From IMG/VR virus record IMGVR_UViG_3300030060_002841, positions 14,246-78,245 of that record: 64,000 nucleotides of DNA; one strand, 5' to 3'. Positions 53,101 to 60,500 of the stretch are shown here, piece after piece. The DNA comes from a virus. The position numbers and the translations under genes are program-made. Position 1 is the first letter of the stretch; every line of letters starts with the position of its first letter. The notes beneath the pieces are model-generated. The model ran no database searches and was not told the DNA's origin. It worked only from the letters and a program-made list of their open reading frames with translations.

Positions 53101-56100
53101 GTGCTGGTAAAATTGATAAAGAAACAGGTCAGCCTATACCAGGACTAGCTAGTGTAATAACATATGCTGAGCAAGATCAAATGCAAAAAAATGGAGAGCT
53201 GTCTGCTATCCTTAACAATATGACAGATGATCAAAAACAATATGTAGATAAAACTGGTAATCAAGAGTTTTTACAAGAGAACGGTAGAGTTAATCCTATA
53301 TATGACAGTAGAGATCAATTGTTTAGAAAAGGCTCTATAAAAGAAGGGGATTACTACTATGATGATTTAAGATATGATATAGATGAATATAAAGACGGAA
53401 AGAAAACAGGCCAAACTTATTCTGAGTTTATGATGCCACCTCACTTTCAATCTATATTGGAAAACTGGAAACCTGGTACACCAATACCTGATGCTATTGC
53501 TAAAGCTTTTGGTATACGTATTCCTACACAAGATAAGCATTCAGCTATTAATTTAAAAGTTGTAAACTTTATGCCTTTGGTTTTAGGATCACAAGGTATA
53601 TTTCCAAGACAACTTATTGAAGTATCTGGAGCTGACTTTGATATTGATACATTATATACTCAAATTAAAGAGCACTTTGTACAAAAAAGAGTTATAAAAA
53701 CTGCAGAACAAATAGAAGCAGAGTTTCAAGAGTGGGCAAGCACAGAGTCATATTCACCTGAAGTAGAGAGAGCTACAAACGGTGAGAGAACTACATTAAA
53801 TAGAATGGAAACATTTGGAGAAAAGTTTGATGAACACAGAGCAAGAGCTGAGTTTGCTGCCATAGAAGAGAATAACTATCCTATAAAAGTAAGAAAGAAA
53901 CAAGTTGTTACTGAAGCTACAGTGGATAAATCAAAGAGTCTATCAGATTTAAAAGATATGATAGATAGAAAAGAAACGCAAGTTGAGGTTCAATTTAAAG
54001 ATTTGACTGAAGGTACAATAAAAGAATACGGAGATGCTAGTACAATAGAAGAAGAATATTCTCAGTATTTAAGATACATGTTAAAAGAAGCATCTACACC
54101 AGGTTCAGCTATGAGTTTGTCAATAGATAAATTTTTAGATAAGAATTTACAATACCTTAAAGGTGATGGTACTATTTCTAAAGAAGAGTTTAGAAAACAA
54201 CAGTTTGATTTTGTTAAACAACAAAGAGATTTATTATCATTAGTAAATCAAAATTCTTTAGTATCAGAAATTAATGATTTATATAGTGTAAGTAAAATTT
54301 TAAATGCAGCATTAGAACAATTAAAGCTACCAACAACACTTAAAGAATATAAGGAATGGAAGACGGATCAGAATGGTAATGACAATGTTGGAGGTAATAC
54401 ACCATTTAGTGCACCATACAGCAATAAACTTTTAGATGTTAAGTTTGCAATGCTTGGTAATAATGGAATGAAAGATATTAAAAATGAGCCAGCTGTAACA
54501 ACACCACTAGAAGAATATTTATCTGATATAGAAAAAGAACTACCTGAGTTTTATGAATTAATAAAAGAAGCGGGTGTTGATGTAGATAGCTTGTTTGGTA
54601 AAACTGTTTCATTCAAAGCCAATAAAGAAGGTGCAAGAAATATTGGAGGTGTGGTTGTAAAAAATAGTGCTGTTAGTTTCTTATCTCAACATAATGTAAG
54701 TTTAAGAGTTGTAAAAAAACCTAACGGTGAAGTAGTTGTTGATCATAGAATAGTGTTTAATGATCAAACATTCTCTGAGTTTAATCAAAATTTAACAACT
54801 AAAGGTGTAAGAACTCAATATGTTATATCAGCTTTAATTACTGCAATGACAGATAATGCTAAATTAAGATTAGCAGATAAACTTGGTTTAAATAGAAATG
54901 CGCTAGGTGTAGTAACCTCAATGATAGCATTAGGTATGGATACACGTACAGCACTTGATACAATTAATCAACCTCTTGTAAAAGAAATATATAAAGATGT
55001 TGCTGCAGGTGCACCTCTTAGTATAACTTTAGGACAGTATATAATGGATATGAGCTTAGCTATACAAGAGAAAAAAGAAAACTTAGCTTCAAGAACATCT
55101 CCAGAAGCAGCTGATAAAGCTGAAAAAGAGTTAATGATTAATTTAAAAACAAAAGGTTTAAGTCCTGAAAGCTTAAGAAAAAATCTAGAAGTATTTAGTA
55201 AAGCAGATAAAAAAATTAATTCACCTATACAACCTGAATTCTTAGAAACTTTAACTCTAGATGAGACTGTAAATGCTTATGGTGGTCTTATATTATTTTC
55301 TAAGGGTTACAATGTATCTAAATATATTGGTAACATGGCATCCTTAACAACATTGTTAGAAGGTTTTGGTAGAGACTTGACGGATCTAGAGGATAGAGAT
55401 ATTTCTTTTGGTAAGTTGGGTTTATTAGATGCTTTAGATAAAAATGCTCCTTTTGATATAAGACATTTAATACTAAACAAAAAAGATTTTGATGAGGCTA
55501 AGTTGCAGTATGGTTCAATACAGAAACAAAAAGAAACAATATTAAGCCATTATTATTATGCAAACAAAGAGTTTAAACAACTTTTACCTAAAGTATTCTT
55601 AGCCTATACAGCACCTTTTAATTTAATTAATAGACATATACTTAGGAATTATACAAATAGCTCTTTTGTTATGGATGGTGCAGAGTTACAAAAGATTAAT
55701 ACTGAGACAATTAGTTATTTAATGTTAAAGGCTTATCAGCATCAGTTGTCTAATGACGTAAGAATAGCAGGATCATTAAGTAATGGTATAATGTATGATC
55801 AGGTAGAAGGAAAAGAATTAACTAAATATGTTAAAGAATTAAAAGATATTCTTGAAAAGAAAAATAAAAGAAATAACTTTATTGATGATTTCTTGTATGT
55901 TATGGATACAAAAAATTCAGAAAATAAGAAAGGATATGTCAGAGGTATTTCTAATACATGGATTACAGTAGGAGAAATGCAGCAGATATTTAATCAAAAT
56001 AGTTTCTTAGAATTATTTAGTGATGATGACACAAGACACTATGCTTATGATTTAATGCATTACTTATTAGTAAAAGATGGAATGCAGTGGCAAGTTGATA

Positions 56101-57563
56101 CATTTATAGATTCTATACCTGTTCAAATTTTTGATGGTCCATTAGCAGCTGTAAATAAAGTACATGAAGTATTTGCTGAAATAAATAGTTATGAAGATTT
56201 ACAAAATGCAGATGATAAAATAAAAAGTATTTTTGGTGTAGATTTTAAAACTTTAGTTACAGATATGGAATCATCTTTTATAGCATCAAGAGGTAATTAT
56301 AGATTAGTTAAATTAAAAAAACCAAAAGCTAAAAATATTAAAGCACCTACTGCAATTAAAGACAATAGAATGGTTATTAATCTACTTGCTGGTGTTGCAC
56401 CATTACAAGAGTATACTGATTTAGAAGGAGAAGTTGTTAGAAAAGTTAAGTCAGATCAAAAAATTAGTACTGATATATTAGAAGAAACAGGTGAAATTGC
56501 TGAAAAATTTAAAGCTAATATAAATTATATTTCTAATATGGGATTAAAATATAATCCTGCAAAAGTTGTAGAAAAATCAGGTGCAAGATCTGTAGTAAAA
56601 GAATATCCAATGTATGATTTTCCTATTATTGTAAAGAGGTCTATAAAAAGTTATAATCCGCAGTTAGGAAAAAACACATACAAAGAAAAGATATACTATT
56701 TAGAGAAAGTATATAATCCATTTTTAGAAAGTAACTCTAATGATCTTTATGATTTAGCTTCTAGTGATGCTAATGTATCTACAACAAGGGGTGTTAGAGC
56801 TGATTATGTAGAATTACAAAGTGGACTTTTAGGGACACCTGATCAGTTTGTACATGGTCATATGTTTGGTCCTCAAGTAGCTGAGAAAGATTTAAGAACA
56901 AATAAAAAATCTGTTAGCTCTAGTACACCAAATAATGAAATGTCTGAAGCTGAAAGAAAAAGCTATGAAGAATCTCTTAAGAAACAGGTAGAAGAAATGG
57001 ATGCAAGAGAAAGATCACAATACAATCCAGACTCAATGCAGAAAATAAATATTACAGATGGTGGTCCAAATAATACTGATGTAAACGTTACTAACTCAGA
57101 AGGTAAAACAGATAATCCAGCAAATATGACTTTAGAACAAAAAGGATTTAGACAAGAAGGTACTAAGCAAGAAGAATATATTCCAGAAGCAGAAGAAGCA
57201 GATAGGTTAGCTAATGAAAAATTAGGAGAGCAGGCAGAAGAGAAAGGTGGTGGAGCAATCAACATCTTTGATGCTCTTAAAGATGATGAATCAACTACTA
57301 TAAGTAATGAATTGAATGAAACTAAAAAAGGTAAGGTTGATTATTGGACAAAAGGTGCTAGAGTTATAGCTGAATGGTGGGATACATTAACAGAAAAACA
57401 AAAAATAAAAGTTGTTGAGAAAGGTAACTTTAAGTCAGGACATCAAAGTTTCTTTAAATTTTATGATGAGGTGTACAATGATTTAAAGGGTGGTCCGTTA
57501 GAAGGTTTAAATACAAAACAATCAGGTGAAGCAGTTGTAAAACAATTAACATGCTTACTTTAA
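41151..57563 (+). CDS. Giant virion-packaged DNA-dependent RNA polymerase polyprotein (crAss-type), with zincin and ASCH domains
   Basis: 5470 aa; catalytic GIRIPTQDKHS...SGADFDID (DFDID at 53634-53648) as in phi14:2 gp66-type RNAPs; AMTDNAK motif at about 54843; zincin HEAFH...EEWLAD (48183-48398); ASCH GEKTTTLR (about 51726-51749); hydrophobic N-terminal segments. Confidence 0.9.
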   Translation: MAEENVNINNEELTNSNLDLKDSDPVVNPTSTQEPINPLLNLPNDAIVNNQPVINSADLPTATREAKDFTLPNLDVPSTTDYAYPQLTQSSLQDAISEMETDGYFQNAYGTGQITPATLQAIQEVEAPINQYLYSDYANTSSPRPSRGYIDDDPYGQMTGDYDYDSDLGLAQGFENALYQSILDTPKEKAPGLKPPVVFGARAYNLDRYMAHPKFSDLGFHPFRDNEEYYNDGRTTRFQNGRRTFNAFWDMFFTSAGGNYRSAKDVAGGDFLGSDMIGAQSMEDAMRIASSTRGGLGGWINDFMLNSAYTFGTIASIVAEEAALAAALYGTKSPAVAKTAAVRTGVNLRRLMKALPAMFDMRKAAAASQKILNQMKNINLAKDWRKAAMLTGTGAINGFKRVGGFLAPQTSLAMKRWATAANTGENISSLAKGADHVAAFYRDLRMINLALAEGKMEGGMVEMRVREDLYNAFEEKYGVAPTEDQMNFINNQAVTAAANTTLFNTPVIFASNAIVLRNMFGGFRPLNELLEETAQGAGRRIYRNPNFKPGKKVLNKEGKEIGEDAWFYSDSFFGHMNQLRKMGFKKGWGKHLGAAALRYTGANWMEGFQEVYQEAVAAGMEQYYAGMYEDPIATGLDITAAGILEPQIGGKAAIRDAAMKGISSQMSGQGASVFMSGFLMGGLLGPTTKFLFQGIPNGFKYITDRDAYKQYQADKKQYIQDVVKTLNDIYADPEFYTNPTKLNAIIQKQLSHRMATSTIANDTQEFQDARHQSMYNDIYTAISLGKFKDMKEYFQDFAKMSDEDIKGAFADSKKSPEKIRQGFEKGIKKLEEVKEQYDKFDDKYRNPFDPSKYKKGTRVYQEEVIRQNAYHQAKMLLLFQKDAMKDATTRMNQIQNELISGNGALANVKHNDIFVLTSRKRMTSEIDRLSKLIEFTKADTPELKAQKEGYKKRLKHLEDIYKVLFDPKNQVRSAGAMKDFVLQDENGKPILGEDGNPIKIKDPNSPTGFRQVPENQRDFILGGYNKRPAYMAKLKVPVLSYLRFLAEQNNETLENDNIDDTLKKLVDYGHLGSRVGDYYMATEILSDPNTLLMTSYKIAEVMNKQYNRYKNSHYRRVKQFVSTQERHEFLKDLARIGVYPDPEQVKNFLSKKQEDLTIDDIPDMFYTEEGLITMEEDPAMFAEVRQIVKKMELIIEPEQKPKKEDTQKEETDPEKQVVNVNPINTETPEEEKEVKETLVKLDEFKKNDKGTKIILDREWEKVRQQKFRETGEFPTESDKKQWLADGSKQGGLRYLDARWRAFKLYESSPMEEKLGPDKKLLSFDEWLEQNIRDNRIARDISSKLGLGVYDILPRIVTDQKTKLNNLEIDGAKIIKAFPNLNMYIVEVPGRLNEDGPDAIKNYQLVDIDNNFITRKYSAIRMQHPDLNWRASYPNAAEAISAAKDIAKVLPSSEVFNFDNQEYKTGDIVVDTNGNRWYIASNIAQVDSDGYITIKAVDSKKSNNNKLFSKILPGDWVNKKWKKENIKEDRWDFDLIEGNISKLSRTEPLNFFTNPNYNRKMLTKKQLQKMLNKLSAKDKAKLKVQVSLNPAYASDSKLKIEERVNAFARSTNQTDIKTNKLLKKAEPKYIIRMVMPDGSFIQLQGIDTKFVDPNNEKVEITPLSMSRDQYLKYFYPPKPTTNQSLDEAYLDTLRSYAATQLIYQALGDAMAFLKPTDSQITLNLFDKEKLAKQVESQYRDPEGNLKKDQLSLNLLKRLNKIQGILRPGGMDWYKPNGEKYETPFDKLEQKYITEINGEGKYYIIDNNKGTVIHNFDLTVPEEKTALTEFQQSFQKSKYKNALDNLGRYVLVIQQANGIISLAELKASELVYEDQESILADLIALQQKTNKSQKEGGNIKYVKGKKTAVDPSFNFRENDNLNSRFYISGKSGDILNINVGPLGGIIVKYTRDKGLDTERTDIVSITEEQLKESKITYFSDFLSLVNSKWSEKQQKKQEQDKDYKPLQLIDEKGLTTDKFRTGIPMYADETIVDKTVAKISPDLRKPSLGLNWSDIEGLDLLIQQAQEINEPNNVDQSDNQRQEVEQDTVLIDAAYVDKYTDKWQTVPKRDLELLAAKGGANPADNLTDLEKIVYDNTGIAQKIKDGEIVITEQFNINNDTITQTEGDALQIEDKIQRKTSEINNYKRNKSQQIADDIQKKSTYTDVNGTSINLDGMDQASKSLLMVNELNAFEQRGDATLNNLQAELNELKKEAKRVAKDDPQFSVVDPKQLDEKQVEDIDKFISFIKRVFPPGVITVSDINDLKASLKNNGVTLGAFVMSLEQLAGGIKQYQGKIYTSETSPDKYHEAFHAVFRLLLPDAQITELLNIARRDVRKELRQQGISLKEALAKFQLKSPIYAQLKGKELEERFYEEWLADKFEDFKMNPGATKVPSVAKSFFQKIIDFIVELFTRADRNQLVNIFEDIDAGKFSTTPGVNSNTFTRRLDQKLARGEGVAFDQGVSVSDDITFSIQLKTGEVALYENYYDDQKQGWKKRLVDKDVYMNAADVNTLINNIGALYLDRFMRVKGEFFPPAMIRATVTDYIEMYNPRRKFYADDPNVANYVVKLNTKYNSLLQNQSEIEDGVTKYLELFDMKINMEDLDINADYQNEYDDLFDQNGIPKEGNWEAEPQGIGGFRSLSKALRIFIATTTLPDTDSFQNPNEIPTNIYINDDMQERHMVSVNYVDAYNGLLRAVKNSKSEMEMLQKMVMFKDTSTHAAAVIDKFFRKMGIADPQALLQEEADFPIAEVEATDPVFFNQVIKGLNQYVVDYLFIEKSGKGSDTQQGTISIYEANTKDDAHEQIKRWQNVYLTKAQNLRDPLNSKDRIEAATVINEFKSYLSTTRKAINDNDTYSNGEVSKIGVDTISKNLSLDIFKHTGIKLSAGYIRFSIINNINENLIRTGSNKKLSNKQRLILASNETSEPITLADLENFEGSISKGEDLFARINNDTADQITAKEDIPLNRAQRKVVKPENVGIEARLKKFARGNALFDETVGTTVFRDPEGNLIYSHQMPTFHLEKVAELNSEEKINGLLEDGYLSKNALLNDPRFLALSRSGNLRVLRLSGSKESAVKKDEVSGKFYGSGKGAGVTYGDSTPSDFISSLINLYLHDYNPINGKVSKRTYIDENNDVQDFVTAPSLLRVIEAANTGDFVALPVRKTVEYNASDKTSKITDETLEYFIEELRTSYDTIRQNVAELNNPSDASRTSTVYNGYNDIISLDEIQDYELKEDGTKDLTKPIEDKQRGFKLGSAGRYIIVDKQLEDGSIEKNRLVHDKLQDLARQGDVSFDNAIKQVFKNTDVLKTAIERRLEADFTEFNDILFDLGVLNIAEKGGAIEVSMISTGFQSGLVDVNGQSTEDVKASMVALNLESNLNHNLKQVFLNDLINTRSINQVLLGNQAISLKNAIDAIKRAKGQNGAGPSVKSIIGWKKYGINAFSELDGFFHDDPTHLSEFTVGTKLLGEEITEDTINQITMQPDNVAKILSGEKTTTLRRKKFPSGVYNIGGQLFSLSNRGNLTVEEAGGVEAITKSEAFAETGPKFSSTKKWLKGEGKLYVYDIAPVSKTITEAGQEIDPNDTQDSMDAMVHITLNGFKHTEFGIGQLNESQADMIQTMEGEGAAVNYRGGRDSTNNEWFGDPNFNTRGQKDRDAAINSRKYVYFDGKTMGKMSVVTLIPSYTSLRNPDTGEYDRPRPGHEKLHNLRIKLEAHEAKTGRIAMSFPKSASKMMNMFLANAETAFDSTPITSENGTQNWRPRVLDASMLRLQQVTPSGKTVVVDPRQIKMLITSEQNLNAEVTIPWLNGGKPTRIGDVISEYDKLVGGRMARKFADKRNLLFEFKEKFGKQTYASMLLRKVEKLKAEDINVDMTTFLKYAVAGLEAGKTKDQLTAFFKPDANGKARNLNNPLTFKQFQTLYFSYWKDVLGERQPGVSLTLRSSVGTKQLKRAGKIDKETGQPIPGLASVITYAEQDQMQKNGELSAILNNMTDDQKQYVDKTGNQEFLQENGRVNPIYDSRDQLFRKGSIKEGDYYYDDLRYDIDEYKDGKKTGQTYSEFMMPPHFQSILENWKPGTPIPDAIAKAFGIRIPTQDKHSAINLKVVNFMPLVLGSQGIFPRQLIEVSGADFDIDTLYTQIKEHFVQKRVIKTAEQIEAEFQEWASTESYSPEVERATNGERTTLNRMETFGEKFDEHRARAEFAAIEENNYPIKVRKKQVVTEATVDKSKSLSDLKDMIDRKETQVEVQFKDLTEGTIKEYGDASTIEEEYSQYLRYMLKEASTPGSAMSLSIDKFLDKNLQYLKGDGTISKEEFRKQQFDFVKQQRDLLSLVNQNSLVSEINDLYSVSKILNAALEQLKLPTTLKEYKEWKTDQNGNDNVGGNTPFSAPYSNKLLDVKFAMLGNNGMKDIKNEPAVTTPLEEYLSDIEKELPEFYELIKEAGVDVDSLFGKTVSFKANKEGARNIGGVVVKNSAVSFLSQHNVSLRVVKKPNGEVVVDHRIVFNDQTFSEFNQNLTTKGVRTQYVISALITAMTDNAKLRLADKLGLNRNALGVVTSMIALGMDTRTALDTINQPLVKEIYKDVAAGAPLSITLGQYIMDMSLAIQEKKENLASRTSPEAADKAEKELMINLKTKGLSPESLRKNLEVFSKADKKINSPIQPEFLETLTLDETVNAYGGLILFSKGYNVSKYIGNMASLTTLLEGFGRDLTDLEDRDISFGKLGLLDALDKNAPFDIRHLILNKKDFDEAKLQYGSIQKQKETILSHYYYANKEFKQLLPKVFLAYTAPFNLINRHILRNYTNSSFVMDGAELQKINTETISYLMLKAYQHQLSNDVRIAGSLSNGIMYDQVEGKELTKYVKELKDILEKKNKRNNFIDDFLYVMDTKNSENKKGYVRGISNTWITVGEMQQIFNQNSFLELFSDDDTRHYAYDLMHYLLVKDGMQWQVDTFIDSIPVQIFDGPLAAVNKVHEVFAEINSYEDLQNADDKIKSIFGVDFKTLVTDMESSFIASRGNYRLVKLKKPKAKNIKAPTAIKDNRMVINLLAGVAPLQEYTDLEGEVVRKVKSDQKISTDILEETGEIAEKFKANINYISNMGLKYNPAKVVEKSGARSVVKEYPMYDFPIIVKRSIKSYNPQLGKNTYKEKIYYLEKVYNPFLESNSNDLYDLASSDANVSTTRGVRADYVELQSGLLGTPDQFVHGHMFGPQVAEKDLRTNKKSVSSSTPNNEMSEAERKSYEESLKKQVEEMDARERSQYNPDSMQKINITDGGPNNTDVNVTNSEGKTDNPANMTLEQKGFRQEGTKQEEYIPEAEEADRLANEKLGEQAEEKGGGAINIFDALKDDESTTISNELNETKKGKVDYWTKGARVIAEWWDTLTEKQKIKVVEKGNFKSGHQSFFKFYDEVYNDLKGGPLEGLNTKQSGEAVVKQLTCLL

Positions 57564-57573
57564 AAACTAAAAT

Positions 57574-60500
57574 ATGAGTTGTTATAATAAAAATACAAAT
57601 GAATATAAAGCATTAAGAGACGCTTTAAAGAGTGATATTGCTGTAGATGTAACTATAGATGCTTGGCAAAAGATGAATAATTCAGATATTATTCCTAGTG
57701 TAGATCAAGTAAATCTTATGAAAGAAAGAATGAATCAACAGTTTTCTCTTGAGACTAAGGAGTTTGCAGATATACTCATGGCAAATTTATCTAGATCTAA
57801 AATTATTAATAAATATAAAAATACTTATTGGGTTAATAGTAGTGCTAAAAAAGGGTTTGCTTGGGCTAAGTATGATGAAAGAGTTTTAAATGACAACATA
57901 AAAAGATTACAGTCAAGATTAAATATGTGGGGTATACCACAGAATGCTGTTACGTTTAAACAAGTTCAAAAATATAATAAAGAAGAAAATCAGTTTCAAA
58001 CTTTGGTTACTGTTCAGTTTAACAGAAATGCAATTGGACCAAATGATTTACTATTAAAAGATAGAGATAAGGACATGACTCACATTGGTCCTATACTAGA
58101 TCACCTAAAGTCTGTTTTTCCACAGGTTAAGGTAACGGTTATGGATGTTGCTAGTGCAAAGAATTTACATGATAGATTAACAGCAGGATATAAAAAAAGA
58201 CCTGCATTTAAAGATGTAAAGAGTTTTTATTATAACGGACAAGCTGTATTAATAAAAGGTAGAGTTACATCTGAAACTGCAATAGAAGAAGTATTGCACC
58301 CTTTTATTAACCATCTTGCAGCTGATAAACCCCAGCTGTATGATAAATTAGCAAATGAAGCTGCAAGAAACTTTCCATTATTAACACAACAGATAAATGA
58401 TGCTTATAGTGATAGAAGAGGTTTTAATAATGAAGACAGAAAATTAGAACTTGTAACACAATCATTAAGTAGACATTTTAAGAGAGAGTATGAATCTACT
58501 CCAACACAAAGTTGGAAAGACAGTGTAATGAATTTATTAAAGTGGCTTTCAGAATATATTAAAGATATATACAACTACATAACTAATGGTCAATTGACCT
58601 TATCACCAGGTATGATTAATGACAGAGCAACATTAACAGATATTGCTAAGCTGTTGAATACAGGTGATATGTCATTTAAGTTAAATCTTGATCCATCACT
58701 TAATACTAATAAGATACAATACAAACTAAGTGATGACAAACAAGCTCTTATAAATAAAATATTAAAGAAAGGTACAGCAGAACAAAAAGCTGTTGTAGCA
58801 AGATTGACAAATGATATTGTAAAAGATAGTAAAACATATGATGAGATATCAGCTAATCCTTTTGATCCAGATATTAAAACAGGTTTGGTATATATAAATT
58901 CTGAAACACATACTTATGCAGATGCTAAGGGTAGACCTTATGCTTCTACTACAGAAAAAATAAAAGGTAAGTTAGATTCAAACGAGTTTCAGTTTAATAT
59001 AGATATAGGTAATGATTTTGATGCTGTATTAGAAGAGGTTGTCTTAGGTAAAACTTGGGAGCAGTCTAAAGATGTATATAATTATGATCGTATATCAGAA
59101 GAACAAATGAAATACATACACACAGGTTTAGCTGCTTATACTTCAGCATTAATAGCAGATGGCTCTATTCTTTTACCGCAAGTAATAGTAAGTGATCCTG
59201 ATACTATGATTGCAGGAACAATTGATCTATTGCTTATAAGAAAGGATGGATCTGTTCAAGTTATAGATTTAAAGACTAGTAAGAATAGTGTTCTTAGACC
59301 TTATTATTTTGGTAAAGGTAAAGGTAGTTCAAAAAAAGCACAAGGATTATTTCCGGTGAAAGAAGGAAGTGTATTTTATGATCCTAATAAACCATACTAT
59401 ATGTCTACTGCTACTCAACACAGTATGCAAGTTAATGTATATAGAAGAATGTTGTATAACATGGGTTATACATTAGACTCTACCAGTGATGCAGATAATA
59501 CACCATTTACAATACATTTAAAAGTAGATATAAAAGAAAAAGATGGTAAGAAAATATATATGGGATTTACATATGAAAAAATGCAACCCCATCCTATTAG
59601 TGCTAATAAAGAAAAAGTTGATAAGGTTGTTCCTTATAGTGTTGATGTAGAGGCAAAAAATAAACTTAAAGAAAAATTTAAAAAGGGATCTAATTATAGT
59701 TATGTAAATGATCCTGAGTTTACAGAAGCAGCTGAATCATTACCGGAGTCAGAATTAATACAAACAAGAACTTATGAGAATATTTATGATTCACTAACTG
59801 AGTTTGTTTCTAAGTTACTTACTAGAAGACAAGCAATTGAAAGGATGAAAAATTCTGCTAAGCTTATTAATAGTAAAGAAGAAGTTTTACAAAATATAGA
59901 TTATACTATCTCTGCAATAAACACTGCATTAAGAAGTGGGCAGGCTGATATTGTTTTTACAGAGGTTTTACAAAAAACACTAGAAGATATAGAAGAGTTT
60001 GAAGCTTATATTAATGATGATGCAAATGCATCTAAACCAGAATACATATCTAAAATAAATAATTTTCAAGGTTTAGTTGATTCAATGAGAGGTTTAGCAG
60101 GATTAAAAGAAACAGAAGGTTTAAGTCCTAGACAAAATAAACTTATAGTTAAGCTACAAGGTAAACTAAACGATCTTAACGGTGTTACAACTGAAGGTGG
60201 TTCTTTGGTTAAGCCTGGTATAATTAGTGATAAAATAAATTTATATGTTGCCAAGTTAGTTCAAAATGAATCTAATAGAAATTTTACAATGGATGATCTA
60301 ATAGGTGAGGATGGATTATTAAAGTTTGGAAAAGATATAGGTTATATTGCTAGCTATGGTATGGATCTAGCAACACAGTCTGATACTCTTTTACAGTTAA
60401 TGGATAAGATATATAAAAGACAAAGGCAAATTTTATTTGATAAAGTAGATGAAAGGAACAGAGAAATAAGAAGGGTTACAACTAAACTTGCCTATCTATC

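Noticed and set aside
906-60254. Short minus-strand and alternate-frame ORFs in the track (e.g. 906-1208, 9096-9305, 19274-19564, 30431-30799, 34210-34644, 44645-45169, 52391-52816)
   Set aside because: They lie wholly within long + strand genes and have compositions expected from antisense or frame shadows of biased codons; no recognisable motifs.
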